Below, piece after piece: positions 29,898 through 34,608 of a DNA stretch of 34,608 nt (the stretch's first letter is position 1; each line of letters opens with the position of its first letter). The notes under the pieces were generated by a model. That model saw nothing but the letters and a program-made list of their open reading frames with translations. It was not told the origin of the DNA and did no database searches. The stretch covers positions 1 to 34,608 of the forward strand of contig ADNK01003530.1 in the NCBI GenBank assembly GCA_000320545.1, in the 5' to 3' direction. A program made the position numbers and the translations under genes. This stretch comes from Bigelowiella natans CCMP2755. Taxonomy: Eukaryota > Protista > Cercozoa.

Positions 29898-31116
29898 AAC
29901 ATACTAGGAAATCATTATTTTACCCATTTATTAGGCTAATTATGTACGATGTTTCTTGCTTGTGAGAATATTTTGGGACCAGTAAGCAGCAGCACACTTA
30001 ACATTTCATCCCTAGGAAACCCGGCGCAGATCTCCTGTCACTCTCTGGATTCTAAGGCAGAACAACCAAGTAGTTTTGTCTTGACTGCTGGTTTTGCCCA
30101 AAACTCTTTGTTGCGCGTCAATCAGAAATAGTTAATTAGATCCCTAGTAGGATAAGCCAACTCCTGACAAGAACAACACCAACAACAACAACAACAACAA
30201 CAACAACAGAACAACTAGAATAAGGATTCCTGATTCTGTTGTCGCAGAACAAAAACATCCTGTGATTCTTCTTGTGCGGGTCGGTGCACTCAAAACTCAT
30301 CACTCACATTCATTCTTGTTGCACACACAAGTGCTTTGCTTCCCTTGCTTGTGTGCTGCTCAAGATGAAAAGATCGAAGCACACCAGGGAGGGGTGCGCG
30401 GGGAGAACAAAGAGATCAAGATTGCACGAAGCCGCACAGGTCATTGGTGAGAGGTGTTAGTGGTGGGGTCTAGACTGGTGAAGCACAGGCCCTCATCGGC
30501 TTCCACAATGAGCAGATGGCGAGAAAATGAAAACATTCGACTGTTCCTTCGTTTCTGTTCTTAGTGCTAACTGAGTATTAATCATTTGGAGAGCCACTTT
30601 GAGATCGATAAAATCTGTAATTCACCTCTGGATCACAGGAAATGGACGACCATGCAAGAGAGCCAGCTACGCAAGATAAGGACGATGTACAATGAAGAGT
30701 TAACGCATCATGTTCTGAAAACTATGGTGTTGCTGTAGTTGATACGATGGTGCTACTGACAAAATGTGCCAGAGTTACAAGGATGCTGCTATTATGATAC
30801 TAATTCATTGATGTAATCCATTTTTATTTCTGGATTAGAATGAGCGTAAACCAGCAGTTGATAGTGGCGAAGGATCAATGGTACAAGATATTCTGTAAGA
30901 TTTTTAAGGCTGAGTAAGGAAGTAATGTGTACATCATGCATTGCTACGGTTTGCTGGCGAATAAAAAAATGAAGGGAGGGTTGAAGTGTACTTAACTTTT
31001 TCCTCCCCTTGAAAATGGTGTTAATAGGAGGTGGATGATGCGGAGCAAGGTGAAAAAACTGAATCAAACAACACAGCTGGCTCGATTCCGGTCAACTGTT
31101 TTGAATAATGTTTTGA

Positions 31117-31169
<53 letters not shown>

Positions 31170-31246
31170 GGAAATGTATAAAAATATATATAAGTTGATC
31201 CGTACTAGTCTTTGATATCATCATCGATACATCTTGTTTTTGAATT

Positions 31247-33759
31247 ATGAGGAAACGACCGGAAAAGTGAGTAGGGCAATTTTGTTCTTAGAAAAAGATC
31301 TACACTACTACTGCGTTCCATGAGAATTCTCTCTGTTTCTGTCTTTGTTTGAACTACCATTTCTTATCCTCTACATTTTCAAACAAATTATGATTGATGG
31401 TAGGGCTTCGACGAAGGAAAGGACCTTAAACATTGGTCAAAGGATGAAGTGAAAGCGTGGTTAGGATTCTTACAAAAAAAAGGGGGAGATCAAATTTAAA
31501 ATCGAGAAAGTTGCTTGCCCGGGAGAATATTTTGCTGCGAGGACCGAAGCGCAGCTTAAAGAGTTTGCCGATGGGCTAGTGGGCATCGACATCTTCAATG
31601 CGAAAGAGGCGCTTCTTACGAAGCAAAGCGGTAGTGTACATGCTAGCTCAATAGACCTCTCATGCGTGTTCTCTCTTGTATTTTTTGTCATCCATCGACG
31701 TGGAACAATGCCTACAGATGTTACACGTAAACATCCAAGAGAATTCATTTTTATGGATGCGTATATAAGTGAGTGTGTATGTTAGCTCAACAATCGTCTC
31801 ACGCTATTTTATACAACACATGCGATATGATTATTCATCTCTTCATTTTATTTTCTTAATTTTGGTGTGTATTGCAAGAGTTTTAATGGACTGTGACCTT
31901 GAGTACATTGTGTTGCAAGATTTCATAGATGATGGCCTTTATTTTGTTTTGTAATTATCAGCACCTTCTTCTCCCGAAAGACAACCTGGTAAATATCAAT
32001 CCCCTTAAAATTCTCCCTTGCGTCCAGTTTATGTATACGTTCACTATCAATAGTACAACACAACACTCACACATGCACATATGGTAAATTTAAATTTGAT
32101 TTTGTTTCAGCAAAACGCCCTTTCGAAATTCATAGACCGACAGAAACGAAAGTCGAATTGGGAGAGCTCACACTGGAGGGGGGAAATAATCAGGAGATTG
32201 GATGTGTAGAAGAAATGAAGGAGGGAGATTTTTTCTATGTCGACGGAATAATTCACGCAGGTTTGAAGGAAAAGCAGTTAAGTAAAGAAGCCGATGATAG
32301 AATGTTGCTGTATCTACGCGCTGAGGGTTATCAACACTTAAGGAGGCTCGAAGAAGTGGAAGGTGGAAATGCACTTCTTGTAGATGGACCAAAAGGATCT
32401 GGAAAATCTGTAATATCTTGGACTTGGGCAAGGCTAAAAGCAAAACAGGGGAAATCTGTGTTGTGGATACACGTGGATAATTTTGCGTCTTCTCATGTTA
32501 CGATTTTGAAGCTTTTCGAGGATGACATTCGACGTGTCTATTTCGGAGATAAACCAATTAAGTTTCAGCAACTCGTCAAAAGCGATTACGTACTTGATGC
32601 TCCCGAGGACATTATCATCTTAGACGGATTCCATAGGAAAGACCATGTTGATATTTTGATACAGTTGTGGGATACTATGGAAAAATTCGCATCAACTCGA
32701 ATCAGCATCGTTGTTTCGTCAATGACGGCTACCTTTTCTGTAAAAGAATTGAAGATGGCCCGTGCTAAAAAATATCGCATAGCATCTTGGACATTTAAGG
32801 AGTACAAGGAGGTTATTAAAAACAGGGCATTTTATCGACAAGTGGAATCAAAATTGGGAGGTCATGGTGATAAGAACGCTAAGTTGTTGCACAAATTTTA
32901 CTACTCAGGCATTTCTGCCCGTTTTACTTTTCATTTTACGGTTGAAGAAGTGAAGGAAGAGATTAAAAGGGGTACGATGAGCGTTGGAAATTTATCAGAC
33001 ATAGCAGAAGGAAATGTGACTTCAGCAAATGAAAATGCAGTGAATGCACTATACGGAGGAGTGCGATTACCAAGTGGGGAAGTACGAGATGTCTTCGTGA
33101 GTCAATATGCTCATAGACTAATTTTTTTAAATGCGCCGAGTCAAATGAAACGTGCCTACCGCTTCGCAAAACAATTGGATAATCCGTCGTTTCTTGGTTG
33201 GGTAGTGGAAGCCGATTTTCTAGGCACTATTGAAAAACTTGCGGAAGAAAGTGGGAAATTGGATCTTCTCAATTCGGAAGGGAATACGAAATTCCAACTG
33301 AAAATAAAATCTCATCAAAAATTCGATAAAATTGAAGATTTAGAATGGAAGGATGGTGCTGTGTGTGTGCCCAATAGATGGAATTATCCGTCTTTCGACT
33401 TTTTGTACTGTTATACCGTCCAAAGCCACAAGATGAAAGATAAAAAAGTGGTAATGTTCGGAAACGTGACCGTTCAAAACACGCCAAAATCGTGCAAACT
33501 ACAACACGTTGCCATAGATTCCAATAAGAAGTTAGGGGTGAATCGGGTCCGTTTTGTCGGTGTTAAGCCTTACTCGGAGAAGGGAGAAAACAAAGACATC
33601 GCTTGGAAAGATCCTCCAAAACCTGATCCTGAATTGGGAAGCCCAACTAGTTTAGATGGTTTCTACCGTGGACCAACATCGTACAAGTGGAACAAAGGCA
33701 ACAACTTCTGCGAAACGCTTTTTTTCAAGAGTGATCATCATGATGGCCGACGATCATGA
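31247..33759 (+). CDS. Crinkler/RHS-type (CR) protein: SAM-like header, P-loop NTPase and restriction-endonuclease-like domain; header exon frame-disrupted as given
   Basis: The long terminal exon 32111-33759 has Walker A GPKGSGKS, Walker B IIILDG and a C-terminal VPNRWNYPSFDFLY...VMFGNVTV motif resembling the CR-REase P-x3-N-x3-D...Q-x-T pattern. Upstream exons are 31247-31266, 31404-31630 (WSKDEVKAWL) and 31962-31988. Confidence 0.75.
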
Positions 33760-34044
33760 GCATGAAAGATTCGGTAGCAAATCTGAAATGACCACCGCAA
33801 ATTTTGGAATCCTTCTAGACACACTCATGTAGCAAAAATGATGCAGCATGTGACATGCGAATGCAATGATGGCAGCACAATTTGACAGCACGTTGCTCTG
33901 TCAACAATCATCTGGTCAAACCACGCACAGCCTTGCAAAATTTTCTTGATGCCAACCAAATTGGCATGTGCGCACAATTCCAAAACTAGCAAAAAAAAGG
34001 CATCATGCATTTTGCAAATCAAAAGTGCTGTTGGGGTTCTGTCA

Positions 34045-34445
34045 TGGACCAGGGTCAAAATGACAATCAAAACGAAATTCACAGCAGGTCAGGGGTCTGG
34101 GAACAGGGTTTGGGGGTTTGGTGGTCGAGGGTCAAGGGTTTTCTCCTGGGCCACGACCAAAGTGACGACCAAAGTGACGATCGAAACGAGGGTCAAAGTG
34201 AGGATGACTGGTCGCAAAAACCGACCAGGGTTTTTTTCAGGGCAAAGGTGAGGACCAAGGTCACAAAAAGTGGTAACGGCATTGGGTCAGGGCTGGGATG
34301 AGGGTCAGAGTCACGGTTTTTTATCAGAAGTTTAAACCAGGGTTTGGGTGACGGTTGGAATGAGCACCAGGATCAGCGTTGAGACCAGCGGTGAAACAAG
34401 AAGAACAAGTCAGGACCAGTTTCAGGAACGAAAGCAGCGCTAAAG
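34045..34445 (+). repeat. Subtelomeric degenerate hexamer-register repeat
   Basis: AGGGTC, AGGGTT, AAAGTG, ACGACC and similar variants in a 6-nt register, with GACCAAAGTGAC repeated. Confidence 0.65.
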
Positions 34446-34606
34446 TTAGGGTTAGGGTTAGGGTTAGGGTTAGGGTTAGGGTTAGGGTTAGGGTTAGGGT
34501 TAGGGTTAGGGTTAGGGTTAGGGTTAGGGTTAGGGTTAGGGTTAGGGTTAGGGTTAGGGTTAGGGTTAGGGTTAGGGTTAGGGTTAGGGTTAGGGTTAGG
34601 GTTAGG
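34446..34606 (+). repeat. Telomere (TTAGGG)n, 26 complete units plus a partial one
   Basis: Perfect TTAGGG array at the window end, G-rich strand running 5'->3' toward the end. Confidence 0.98.
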
Positions 34607-34608
34607 TG

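Noticed and set aside
33946-34301. ORFs of about 100 aa next to the telomere
   Set aside because: They arise from the stop-poor hexameric subtelomeric repeat.

Overview
Chromosome end of an intron-rich eukaryotic (protist) nuclear genome. The window ends in a (TTAGGG)n telomere. Microsatellite-filled introns and many short exons are compatible with a chlorarachniophyte/rhizarian-type genome, but the taxon cannot be proven here. Most entries in the ORF track are microsatellite artefacts. Manual splicing at GT-AG sites gives six genes: (1) a minus-strand secreted protein with a Cys-rich domain spaced like the violaxanthin de-epoxidase N-terminus, probably running off the left edge; (2) a BRE1/HUB1-type RING E3 ligase of roughly 30 exons; (3) an ExoIII-family AP endonuclease; (4) a divergent GDA1/CD39-like ASKHA phosphatase head-to-head with it; (5) a signal-peptide JmjC (cupin_8-type) oxygenase; (6) a telomere-adjacent Crinkler/RHS-like gene (SAM-like header, P-loop NTPase, restriction-endonuclease-like C-terminus) whose header exon is frame-disrupted. 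Two intergenic blocks show strong CTAG/TGCA/CATG enrichment, suggesting methylation-driven decay of repeats.
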